This document shows positions 8,522 to 16,866 of a stretch of 36,024 bases of DNA, piece by piece. Below the pieces are notes generated by a model. The model was not told the origin of the DNA, did not search any database, and saw nothing but the letters and a program-made list of their open reading frames with translations. A program made the position numbers and the translations under genes. Numbering within the stretch: position 1 is the first letter of the stretch; each line of letters opens with the position of its first letter. Source of the stretch: a virus (Duplodnaviria; Caudoviricetes); the IMG/VR virus record IMGVR_UViG_3300044677_000062, positions 1 through 36,024 of that record; one strand, 5' to 3'.

Positions 8522-8842
8522 ATGATCACCTACACGCTGACCGAGGATGAGGCCGAGGCCCTCGCCATGGATACGCCCACCGAATTCGGTGGGCCGCCCT
8601 TCTGGACTCGGGAGCGCTGGGATGAGTTGAAGCCGGCCAGGGAATCTGCCCAAGCCAAGCTCTTCCGAGGACTCCCCCATGGCGCTGCCCAGCGAGTCGG
8701 TTACGTCGGCCCTGGAGACAGCGTGGTCCTCTACGAGGGCAAGGAGTATGAGATCGTGGACATCGTCGGCGATAAAGCTGTGACCGACTCAGCCAACTTC
8801 TCGCGCGAATTCCTGCGCTCCTACGGCTACACGCTGAAGTGA
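8522..8842 (+). CDS. hypothetical protein
   Basis: SD GGAGGT; MITYTLTEDEAEAL... Confidence 0.65.
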   Translation: MITYTLTEDEAEALAMDTPTEFGGPPFWTRERWDELKPARESAQAKLFRGLPHGAAQRVGYVGPGDSVVLYEGKEYEIVDIVGDKAVTDSANFSREFLRSYGYTLK

Positions 8843-8940
8843 TGAGCGAGGACCCGAGCGGGCGCGTGGTCGCGGGGATCATCGCCGCCGTCCTGGTCGC
8901 CATCGGACTCTGGCTGATCTACGTCGGGTGGCAATCGTGA
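8842..8940 (+). CDS. 32-aa single-pass membrane peptide (not in ORF track)
   Basis: MSEDPSGRVVAGIIAAVLVAIGLWLIYVGWQS*; coupled at both ends. Confidence 0.55.
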   Translation: MSEDPSGRVVAGIIAAVLVAIGLWLIYVGWQS

Positions 8941-9302
8941 ACCGGCGCCGGGTGCGCGTCGGCACGCCGAGTTGCGAAGGCCTGCACTGCCACGTCATGG
9001 CCTTCGAGGGACAGCGCGCCGAGGACCGATCCCGCTGGGAGGAACATCATTCCCCGACCTGCCCCAACGGCCACCCGACCGGCATTCTCCGGGCGCCTTT
9101 CCGGTCGCCTGCGCCAAGCCCGGAAAAGTGGACCGACCCGATCCCTTGGTGGGCGGTCATCATCGGCGGGAGTCTCGCCGGGTTGATTATCGGCAGCCTG
9201 GCCGATGCTCTTGACCTAGGCATCTTGGTCATCCCGCTCGTCGTAGTAGGCAGCCTGGTCTCGCTCTTCGGTCTAGCCCGGATTTACCGGGGACAGCGTT
9301 AA
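8937..9302 (+). CDS. membrane protein with two C-terminal TM helices
   Basis: WWAVIIGGSLAGLIIGSLA...LGILVIPLVVVGSLVSLFGLA. Confidence 0.6.
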   Translation: MNRRRVRVGTPSCEGLHCHVMAFEGQRAEDRSRWEEHHSPTCPNGHPTGILRAPFRSPAPSPEKWTDPIPWWAVIIGGSLAGLIIGSLADALDLGILVIPLVVVGSLVSLFGLARIYRGQR

Positions 9303-9421
9303 TAACGGCGCCGAAGACGGGCCACAATTCACGTCGGCGTTGATAGCTTCGCGTCATCGCCCGAACCCTCGATAGACCGGCCAAGCAGCTCATCTGGAAC
9401 CTGCCCCTACGGGGGGCCTTT

Positions 9422-9646
9422 ATGGCCAGCGACATCACCGCCAACGAGCTGGCGCTGAGGGTCGGCCTGACCCGCCGCTACAGGCGGGCCGGGTGGAGCA
9501 GGATCGGCGGCGACGGCGTCAGCGCCCTGCGCGACCTGGGTCTCAGGGAGCGCTCTGACGCCTGCCTCCGCACCCATCTTCCCGAGGAGGTCGCCCTCCG
9601 CTACGCCCGGGCACTGCACCTGGATCCGCTCGACATTGGGTTGTAG
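9422..9646 (+). CDS. small putative HTH-like protein
   Basis: ELALRVGL...A.RYARALHLDPLDI resembles Cro/XRE-like termini. Confidence 0.45.
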   Translation: MASDITANELALRVGLTRRYRRAGWSRIGGDGVSALRDLGLRERSDACLRTHLPEEVALRYARALHLDPLDIGL

Positions 9647-9655
9647 CTTGCGGCC

Positions 9656-10105
9656 ATGAGCGATGTCCGCATCTGGACCGATGGGGCTTGCCTCCGCAAT
9701 CCCGGCGGCGAGGGCGGCTGGGCTTTCATCGTCGAGACCTGCGGGGATGCGGTGCTGGCCGAAGACTCCGGCTATGAGCGCGAGACGACCAGCCAGCGCA
9801 TGGAGTTGACGGCGCTGATCCACGCTCTCCGCTGGGCTGGCAAGCGCCGAGTCGAGATCCACAGCGACTCGAAATACGCGGTCGAAGGCTCGATGGTCTG
9901 GATGCAGCGCTGGAAGCAGCACGGCTGGACCCGCAAGGGCCGCAACGGCAAGCGGCCGGCACCCGAGAACCTTGACCTCTGGCGGATCATCGACCAACTC
10001 CTCCAGGGCAGCCTGGTCACCATCCACTGGGTGAAGGGCCACGACGGCTCCCGCTTCAACGAGATGGCGGACAAGCTGGCAACCCAGGCAGCGCGGCGGG
10101 CGTAG
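9656..10105 (+). CDS. rnhA: ribonuclease HI
   Basis: WTDGAC-NPG-GGW, RMELTA, SDSKY, WKQHGW, ENLDLW, WVKGH, NEMADKLA; catalytic D/E/D/D present. Confidence 0.92.
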   Translation: MSDVRIWTDGACLRNPGGEGGWAFIVETCGDAVLAEDSGYERETTSQRMELTALIHALRWAGKRRVEIHSDSKYAVEGSMVWMQRWKQHGWTRKGRNGKRPAPENLDLWRIIDQLLQGSLVTIHWVKGHDGSRFNEMADKLATQAARRA

Positions 10106-10132
10106 TCTTCGCCGTCGCGTACCCTGTGCGGC

Positions 10133-10342
10133 GTGGCGACCGCGACGATGCCCCCGAAGGTGATGCTGACCAACGATGAGCAGGCCGACGCCTTCAGCTA
10201 CGACTCCAACGCCGAGGTCCTGACCGTCAGCCGCCCGAAGGCCCAGGTCTATCTGGGCTACCCGGCCAGCGATGAGACCGTCGAGCTGCTCGGGCTCGCC
10301 GAATGGAGGAACGCCGGACTCGCCGAGGACGGTGAGGGCTGA
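10133..10342 (+). CDS. small acidic hypothetical protein (leaderless GTG start)
   Basis: TACCCT 7 nt upstream of the GTG; TGATG coupling downstream. Confidence 0.55.
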   Translation: MATATMPPKVMLTNDEQADAFSYDSNAEVLTVSRPKAQVYLGYPASDETVELLGLAEWRNAGLAEDGEG

Positions 10343-10860
10343 TGGCAGTCGCCGACAGAGCAACCCATGCTCGTAAAGCCGTGGCCATCGCACTGAGCAG
10401 CGGCCGACTGGAGAAGCCGACGAGGTGCGAGCGCTGTGACAACAAGGCCGAACTGCACGGTCACCATGCCGACTATGAGCAGCCGCTGGAAGTGGAGTGG
10501 CTTTGCCATTGGTGCCACCACGCAGAGCACCACCCGGATATTCCGCGCCCATTGGCCGACCGACGCAAAGTGCGCGTACAAGTCAACGTGACGCCGGAGC
10601 TGGCCGTGGAGTTGCAACGCGCGGCAAGGGCTCGCCGGATGAGCAAAACGGAGTTGATCGAGTCTGCCGTTCGCGCCTTTATCGACGCCCAAAGTCCGCT
10701 GCTGTCGGATAATGAGCATTGGCGTGGGGCCAACAACTCCCGCAAGACCCATTGCAAGCATGGGCACCCCTTTGATGAGGGCAACACGCTTCGATCTAAG
10801 GGCGCCCGTCGGTGTCGGGCATGTGCGGACACCGCTCGTGCCAAGCTGAGGTCAAAATGA
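10342..10860 (+). CDS. HNH-like Zn domain + ribbon-helix-helix + C-terminal Zn domain chimera
   Basis: CERC..HGHHADYEQPLEVEWLCHWCH; VRVQVNVTPELAVELQRAARARRMSKTELIESAV; KTHCKHGHPF...RRCRAC. Confidence 0.7.
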   Translation: MAVADRATHARKAVAIALSSGRLEKPTRCERCDNKAELHGHHADYEQPLEVEWLCHWCHHAEHHPDIPRPLADRRKVRVQVNVTPELAVELQRAARARRMSKTELIESAVRAFIDAQSPLLSDNEHWRGANNSRKTHCKHGHPFDEGNTLRSKGARRCRACADTARAKLRSK

Positions 10861-12899
10861 GCGCCGGAGAAAGAATTCGCGAGAGGGCCATCGAGACCCT
10901 TCAAAGCTGGACGGGCCTGACCGTCGCTCCGGCCGAGGAGGTCAGTTCTCTCCGCGAGAACGCCGAATACATCGGCCCCTACATGGACGAAGTCGAGGAC
11001 ATGGCAGCCAACGTCCTCGACTACATCGGCGGGCGCCCGCACGAGGTCCAGGCCTCCCATCGCCGCCGCCTCGCCCAGCAGTCCAGGATCGCCCTCATCC
11101 ATGACCCGCTGGCCGGCGCCGAGGCCCAGCTCCGCTCCAACTTCGCTTTCGGCCGAGGGATCTCCAAACCGCAGGCCAAGGACCCCGAGGTGCAGAAAAT
11201 CATCGACCGGGCCTGGCGGGATCCCAACAACGAGCGGAAGCTGACCAGCTTCGAGGCCCAGCGCCATCGCTCCAACGAGATGCTGACTGCGGCCAACCTC
11301 TTCATGACGATGTTTACGGCCAACGGCCAGGTGCGGGTTGGCTTCCGGGATGCCGATGACGTGACCGACGTGGTGACCGATCCCGAGGATGACGAGACTC
11401 CTCTCTGGTACGTGGTCCGCAAGCGGAAAATGGAATGGGACTACTCGCTGCATCAGTACAAGCCCGTCCTCGGCTACGAGCTGGAGAACGGCATGGAGCG
11501 AGTCTGGTATCTCGAACACTTCCGCAACGTCACCGACCTGGAGGAATGGGCTTCGAAGACGGGGGCCGCGGTGCCCGAGCGTCCCGACGCTGCCCACACT
11601 CTGCCCGGCCAGATCGAACACTTCCGCATCAACCGCATCGGCCGCTCGCAGTTCGGCGTGCCCCCATGGGCGCGCACCCTTCGCTACTACACGGCGCTCA
11701 ACCAGCTCGCCGAGTCCCAGGTCCAGATGCGCCAGGGCGCCGCCTCAATCATCGCCCAGCGGATTCGTCGCGGCACCGGCCCCCGCGACCTGATGAAAAA
11801 CGTCTCGGGGGTCATGGCCAGGACCGGGGAGTTGGCATCGGCGAACTTCCGGCGCAGCGCCCAGGGGGGTCCACCGGACGCCGTCGGCCCCGGCACCGAA
11901 CCCCGCGGCGCCGTCCCGCCACCAGCGGCCGGATCTTGGTTCCAAGGCTTCGAGCACGATCGCTTGGAGGCAGTCAACCTCCGCTCCGGTGCCGGCGAGG
12001 CTCTCCAAGATGCGCAGATCGTCCGAGCCCCGATCGCCGCTTCTTCCGGCTTCGGCCAGCACTACCTAGGCGATGCCTCCTCGACCAACCTGGCTTCGGC
12101 AACGACCCTGGAGTTGCCGACCCTCATGGAGGTCTCGGCCTGGCAGGAGACCTTCGAGGGGATCTATCGCTTCTTCACCGACCGGGCAATCGAGGCTGCG
12201 GTGCTCGCCGGTCAACTCGGCGGGATGCTGGCCGAGAACGAGACGTTCGATGAACGCCCTCTGCAAGAGCTGCATCTCGAAGAGGACCAGGAAGAGATGG
12301 AACTGCGCACCGGGCGCGACCTCAACTACACCTTCCAGATGCCCTACCCCGGTCGCCGCAACCTCCCGGACGTGACGGCCGCCGTCGCCACGACTCTGCT
12401 GTCCGTGGATCCCGGCGGGCGCAACTGGGCGCTTCGGGAAGCAATGCTCGACTTCCTCTTTCGCCACGGCTTCCAGACCGAGGACCCCTCGGCCAACGTG
12501 GAGGAAATCGTCAAAGAAGGGAAACGGATCCAGAAAGAGAACGAAGCGAAAGCCCAGCAGGAAGCGGCCGAATATCGTGGCGAAGGTGCCGTTCCCGGCG
12601 TCCCATCGACCGGGCCTGCACCCTCGGAAACCGGCCGGGAAAAGAGCGATGGACCGCAGTACCCAGGGCAGAAGACGCGCAGCCAACCGGCCGCCAACGA
12701 AATGGGCGCCGGCACCAAAACCCGAGAGGTCCTCATGGAGGGCGGCACGGCCGACGAACTCTCGGCCGCGCTCATCGCCGACACCCAGGCAGCCTGGGAG
12801 GCTGGCCTCAGCGATCCCGCCCTCTTTATGACCGGCCGCCCCGACACGAAGGGCTCCGATGCCTCAGCCGCGCCGGGCTCGCCCGGCCCGCTCACCTAG
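10857..12899 (+). CDS. phage portal protein
   Basis: ~680 aa; first structural gene; HDPLA...NFAFGRGI, GQIEHFRINR...FGVP, G.GQHYLGDASSTNLASATTLELPT resemble portal motifs. Confidence 0.8.
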   Translation: MSAGERIRERAIETLQSWTGLTVAPAEEVSSLRENAEYIGPYMDEVEDMAANVLDYIGGRPHEVQASHRRRLAQQSRIALIHDPLAGAEAQLRSNFAFGRGISKPQAKDPEVQKIIDRAWRDPNNERKLTSFEAQRHRSNEMLTAANLFMTMFTANGQVRVGFRDADDVTDVVTDPEDDETPLWYVVRKRKMEWDYSLHQYKPVLGYELENGMERVWYLEHFRNVTDLEEWASKTGAAVPERPDAAHTLPGQIEHFRINRIGRSQFGVPPWARTLRYYTALNQLAESQVQMRQGAASIIAQRIRRGTGPRDLMKNVSGVMARTGELASANFRRSAQGGPPDAVGPGTEPRGAVPPPAAGSWFQGFEHDRLEAVNLRSGAGEALQDAQIVRAPIAASSGFGQHYLGDASSTNLASATTLELPTLMEVSAWQETFEGIYRFFTDRAIEAAVLAGQLGGMLAENETFDERPLQELHLEEDQEEMELRTGRDLNYTFQMPYPGRRNLPDVTAAVATTLLSVDPGGRNWALREAMLDFLFRHGFQTEDPSANVEEIVKEGKRIQKENEAKAQQEAAEYRGEGAVPGVPSTGPAPSETGREKSDGPQYPGQKTRSQPAANEMGAGTKTREVLMEGGTADELSAALIADTQAAWEAGLSDPALFMTGRPDTKGSDASAAPGSPGPLT

Positions 12900-14256
12900 T
12901 CCCCGCCCCCCGAGCGCGGCCGCAGCAGTCGGCGGCGGCCTGATCGGAGGGGCGCCCGGAGCCGCTGCCGGTGCCGCCGGCCTCGCTACCGGCGCCGCTG
13001 TGCAGCGCTCGATCGGTGAGAACGCGGTGAAGGCGGTGCTGACGATGCTCCAGGCCCTCGCCATCCGTCGCCGGAAGCTGATCATCGACCGCGTCCAAGG
13101 CGTCTACCCGGGCTCGGACCTCGGCGTCGCCTACGCCGAGGAGGACCGCCGCGAGGTGATCTTTCGCAAGCGCGTCGAGGAGAGAATGCGCGCCGGCATG
13201 AAGCTGGCGACAGCGGCCTCTGACCCCTCGGCCCGGATGATCGCGATCGAGAAGGTGATGCGCCGCGAGCGCCGCTTCGCCGAGATGCGCTCCGTCGCCG
13301 CCGGGGAACGAGTGCTGGCCGCCGCCGAGTTACAAGACCTCCGCCAGTCCTCACCGCAGGGCGCCTTCTGGTCGCTCGGCGCCCGCCGCCAAAGTACGCC
13401 CGACTGCATCGCCATGAACGGCAAGTTCTGGCCGTGGTCCGTCCTAGAGAAGGTCCATCCCCTTATGCATGTGGGCTGCGGCTGCTACCTGCTCAGCTTC
13501 GGCTCCGCGATCAGCCAAGGCCGCATGAAACCCGGCGACCTGATGAGCGAGGCCACCGCCCTGCGTCTGGCCGCGCCGGTCATCAAGCATGTGGAGGAAG
13601 AGGCCGCCGCGGCCGAGCGCAAGTACGGGCACCTGGCGGAGTCCGCCTACAACGAGTTGCTCGCGCGCGGGGCGCTGCTCGATCGCCGTGCCGCGAACCC
13701 CGACCTGCTCGCGCTCGCCCCGCTCGGCGCCGATGAGGCGATGAAGCCGGTCGCCTTGTCGGAGGCCGAAGAGCAAACGGGCGCGATGGTCGCGCTCTAC
13801 CCGACCGAGGCTCAGTCCAAGAAGCTCGCCATCACCGGGGGCACCAAGCCCGAGGAGCTGCACGTCACCTTGGCCTTCCTCGGCAAGGCCGCCAACAGCG
13901 ACTACGACGCCGCCTTGGCCGCCACCGAAGCTTGGGCCAAGAAGACCCCGAAGCTCTCGGGCAAGCTCAGCGGCATCGGCCACTTCGATGTTGGCGGTGG
14001 CGAGAAGGTCACCTACCGGTCGGTGGATCTTCCCGACCTCGGCCCTCACCGCGAAGGCCTAGTGGCCGACCTGGAGCAGATGGGCGCGCCGGCATCGACC
14101 GACCACGGCTTCACCCCCCACATGACGATCGACGGCAAGGTCCGGCGCCCCCCGGTTAAGCAGCAGGCGATCACCTTCAGCCACGTCACCTTGGCGTGGG
14201 GCGGCGAGCGCCAGGACTTCCCGCTCGTTGGGAAACCGCCTGCATCAAAGCCCTGA
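12859..14256 (+). CDS. MuF-like head morphogenesis protein fused to a C-terminal 2H phosphoesterase (Acb1/LigT-like)
   Basis: Follows the portal; TPDCIAMNGK...HPLMHVGCGC MuF-like motif; LHVTLAFLG (13861) and FTPHMTI (14119) HxT motifs. Confidence 0.78.
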   Translation: MPQPRRARPARSPSPRPPSAAAAVGGGLIGGAPGAAAGAAGLATGAAVQRSIGENAVKAVLTMLQALAIRRRKLIIDRVQGVYPGSDLGVAYAEEDRREVIFRKRVEERMRAGMKLATAASDPSARMIAIEKVMRRERRFAEMRSVAAGERVLAAAELQDLRQSSPQGAFWSLGARRQSTPDCIAMNGKFWPWSVLEKVHPLMHVGCGCYLLSFGSAISQGRMKPGDLMSEATALRLAAPVIKHVEEEAAAAERKYGHLAESAYNELLARGALLDRRAANPDLLALAPLGADEAMKPVALSEAEEQTGAMVALYPTEAQSKKLAITGGTKPEELHVTLAFLGKAANSDYDAALAATEAWAKKTPKLSGKLSGIGHFDVGGGEKVTYRSVDLPDLGPHREGLVADLEQMGAPASTDHGFTPHMTIDGKVRRPPVKQQAITFSHVTLAWGGERQDFPLVGKPPASKP

Positions 14257-14326
14257 CGCCCGCCGAGGCCGCCTCTAGACTCGGCGGGAGGCCCTGGTGG
14301 CGGCCTTCCCCCCGGGAGCCCAGAGA

Positions 14327-14372
14327 AACGATTCGGAGCCGACCTCGGACTGGGGGGTCGGCTTCGGTCGTT
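14327..14372 (+). terminator. long GC-rich hairpin ending the portal-MuF unit (putative terminator)
   Basis: 14327-14346 pairs with 14354-14372 (about 19 bp with G-U pairs and one bulge); no long U-tract. Confidence 0.45.
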
Positions 14373-14403
14373 ATGGCAAGGTTCTTACCATCTGTGCTAT
14401 TCT
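14373..14403 (+). promoter_or_regulatory. promoter (TG-N-TATTCT -10) with an upstream imperfect palindrome
   Basis: ATGGCAAG-gtt-CTTACCAT 14373-14391; TATTCT 14398-14403; SD AAAGGAGG before ATG 14446. Confidence 0.5.
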
Positions 14404-14445
14404 GACCCCATCACCCGAATCCACGATCTCCTAAAGGAGGCGCTG

Positions 14446-14769
14446 ATGGTCGCTGTGGAGAAATCGGGGCCTAAGCGCCTCTACTGCCTGACCAGGCTTG
14501 AAGCTGGCGACTACCTCCTGCCTTCCAACGATGGGCGCACGCTGTGGAGGATCCGCAGCTACGAGGACGGCCCCAGCCACGGCGTAGAGGAGTGGCCACG
14601 AGACCGAATGGTTTGGGGCGTCTGGCGTTGGCTGGGTCGCATCGGCCCGGCTGGGATCGGCGGCGACGTGGATGTGGACGACTGGTCGCGCTGGGACTTC
14701 ACGGAGGGCACGCACGACACTCGCGCCGAGTCGATCAAGCGGGCATTGGAAATCAGGGTGACGCGCTGA
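14446..14769 (+). CDS. hypothetical Trp-rich protein
   Basis: Strong SD; 107 aa. Confidence 0.65.
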   Translation: MVAVEKSGPKRLYCLTRLEAGDYLLPSNDGRTLWRIRSYEDGPSHGVEEWPRDRMVWGVWRWLGRIGPAGIGGDVDVDDWSRWDFTEGTHDTRAESIKRALEIRVTR

Positions 14770-14809
14770 TGGCCGAGCGCACCATCCGAACCGATCTCCT
14801 GAAGGAGGC

Positions 14810-15031
14810 ATGACGATGAGTAGTAGCCGAAAGTTCCAAGACGAGCGCCGTCGCTTCAGTGACAGCGTGATGGGAGCGATTCGCGATCCCGAGGACGAAC
14901 GAAACCGCGTCCTATACGAGACGGCAGGCAAGGGGCGAAACGGCCAGGATCGTGAGGCTACGATCAACTGGACGGCGATGGGCTCCCAGTCCACCGACCG
15001 GATCAAAGAAGAGCTGGAGGGTCGGCGATGA
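14810..15031 (+). CDS. hypothetical protein (start 14810 or 14816)
   Basis: SD GAAGGAGG. Confidence 0.55.
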   Translation: MTMSSSRKFQDERRRFSDSVMGAIRDPEDERNRVLYETAGKGRNGQDREATINWTAMGSQSTDRIKEELEGRR

Positions 15032-15549
15032 AAGCCAGCGAACTGGAGATCGGCGCCGTCGCCGTCGCGACCAACGGCACCGGCTACATGCGCACGGCGA
15101 AGAGGGTCGTGAAGGTGAAGGTTGTCGGCGAGCCCAAGGGCGGCCGCGTCAGGGTCGAGCTACTCGAAGACTCGCACGACGGCGTTGGCTACAGGCAATG
15201 GGGGATGAATGCCGAGAACCCCGTCGAGGCTGGCAAAACCATCACGCTCCGAACCAAGGATCTCTGGATGCCGTGGGAGACTTTCGAGACCCGACTCGGT
15301 AACGAACGGGAGCAGCAGGAGCAGGAGCGGCGAGAGGAGGAACTGCGGGAGGAGCACCTCACCGCAATCCAGTCCCGGGCCCGGGTCGATCGAGCCGTCC
15401 CAGACATCAAGGCCAGGACCAAAGACGTAGCCGGAGTGCAAAACGGGCTCCTGCGCTGGGGCGGCCTCGCCCACAACTACGGCGTCGAGACCCACGTCAA
15501 GATCCCCACGGTCGTCCTCGAAGCTCTCCTCGACTCGGTGGAACCATGA
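15028..15549 (+). CDS. hypothetical protein
   Basis: 173 aa; ATGA coupling. Confidence 0.65.
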   Translation: MKASELEIGAVAVATNGTGYMRTAKRVVKVKVVGEPKGGRVRVELLEDSHDGVGYRQWGMNAENPVEAGKTITLRTKDLWMPWETFETRLGNEREQQEQERREEELREEHLTAIQSRARVDRAVPDIKARTKDVAGVQNGLLRWGGLAHNYGVETHVKIPTVVLEALLDSVEP

Positions 15550-16187
15550 GGGGGATCGAGAAGCCCACGGTGAACGAGAGCGGCGCAGAATCTCACCCGG
15601 CATGGGGATTGGTCGGGGCGTCCCGGGTTTCGAGCGGCCAGGGGGCGGTCTTGTTCGACAGCGACATTCGCCACGGGCACTACGTCGTCGTCCGGCTGCG
15701 GCGCGCGACCCGCAAGCGAGATCTGAGCCACGACTGGAAGCACGGCGATGAACAGATAGTGGAGATCGCAATGAGCGAGGCGCAATGGGCCTCGTTCGTG
15801 TCCACGATGAACGTTGGCGACGGTGTGCCCTGCACCATCGAGAGTGTTGGGATGGAGACCATGCCCGGAGTGGAGTATGAGCCGCGTCTGGCCGTGTCGA
15901 TGGAGGAGGTTGACAATGCCGCCCAGAAGTCGATGGAGGAAATCCAGGCGGCGTTTGATGCCTACGAGGAGCACAAAACGAAAGCCAACAGGGACACGCT
16001 GAAGTACGCGATCAAGAATGCTCCGGCCAACATGGGCTTCGCCGCCAAGAAGCTGAGCGAGCACGCCGAGAACGTGGTGCAGCGGGCCAGGGCCGACATC
16101 GAGGCGATGGTCGTCTCGAAGGCCGAGCAGCTCGGCATCGACCCGGCCGAGGTTGCCGACACTAGGCTCCTGGACGAGGGAAGCTGA
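15546..16187 (+). CDS. conserved phage hypothetical protein
   Basis: HPAWG..GASRVS...LFDSDIRH...MSEAQWASFVS.MN.G.GVPCT, a pattern I recall from many phage proteins of unknown function. Confidence 0.75.
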   Translation: MRGIEKPTVNESGAESHPAWGLVGASRVSSGQGAVLFDSDIRHGHYVVVRLRRATRKRDLSHDWKHGDEQIVEIAMSEAQWASFVSTMNVGDGVPCTIESVGMETMPGVEYEPRLAVSMEEVDNAAQKSMEEIQAAFDAYEEHKTKANRDTLKYAIKNAPANMGFAAKKLSEHAENVVQRARADIEAMVVSKAEQLGIDPAEVADTRLLDEGS

Positions 16188-16390
16188 TGGCCCGGCGCAC
16201 GCTGGAGGAGATCCGCCAAGACGGTCACTCCCCTCGATTCAGCCGCCAGGCAGGCGGCTACTCGCCCTTCGGCCGACCCGTCTACGTCAACTCCGTCACC
16301 TGTGAGTGCGGGTGGAAGTGGGGCGGCCGCATCGCCAAGAAGAGCGAGGCGGTGCAGGCGCACAACGACCATCTCAGGGAGGAGAGCTGA
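16187..16390 (+). CDS. small Zn-finger-like protein
   Basis: CECGW...HNDH. Confidence 0.6.
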   Translation: MARRTLEEIRQDGHSPRFSRQAGGYSPFGRPVYVNSVTCECGWKWGGRIAKKSEAVQAHNDHLREES

Positions 16391-16833
16391 TGACGTTAGG
16401 ACAGTGGTACGAGTTGGATCTCACCCCCGAGGAGGACAACCGCCTTCGGGTGATGGCCGACGCCCACGAGGTGTCGGTCGAGGTCCTGCTCTCCAAGATC
16501 ACCCGCCAGCAAATCTTCACCTTCGAGCGAGTCGGCTCCAAGGTCGCCATGGGGCCGGACTCAGCAGACACCCGCACCCCCGCAGCGCCAGAGAGCTACG
16601 AGGTCCAGGTGGTCCGGGACGTGGGCCGTGCATGGGCGGTGGCCAGCACCGAGGACATCATGGCCGAGGCCAGGATCACCGCGCGAGGTTACCTTGAAAC
16701 TCGCGCGGCAGTCGGCGTGCGGATCTTGGCCGGCGAGGACGGGGAGCACGTCGTCATGCGCGCCGTTCTCGAAGGCGTCGACTACAGCGAGATCTTCCCC
16801 ACTGATGACGCAGAGGAAATCGAGCGGGTATAG
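16390..16833 (+). CDS. hypothetical protein, possible RHH-like N-terminus
   Basis: SD GGAGGAG; LDLTPEEDNRLRVMADAHEVSVEVLL. Confidence 0.6.
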   Translation: MTLGQWYELDLTPEEDNRLRVMADAHEVSVEVLLSKITRQQIFTFERVGSKVAMGPDSADTRTPAAPESYEVQVVRDVGRAWAVASTEDIMAEARITARGYLETRAAVGVRILAGEDGEHVVMRAVLEGVDYSEIFPTDDAEEIERV

Positions 16834-16866
16834 GCTCCCGCCGACCCGAACCCTGAAGGAGGAACG

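Noticed and set aside
9656-10105. RNase H gene as a split terminase nuclease domain
   Set aside because: The motifs are those of true RNase HI (NPG, WVKGH, NExAD), and no ATPase partner is present.
12859-12899. Programmed frameshift fusing portal to MuF
   Set aside because: The 41-nt overlap has an ATG with a plausible SD (GAAGGG) and no obvious slippery sequence.
13861-14195. cacgtcaccttggc (HVTLA) occurring twice in the 2H domain
   Set aside because: The second copy lies after both expected catalytic HxT motifs and is short; there is no evidence for a separate function.
7248-16393. 16-bp match ggaggagagctgatga at 7248 and 16378
   Set aside because: Mostly explained by an SD plus a TGATG stop/start overlap; could be convergent.
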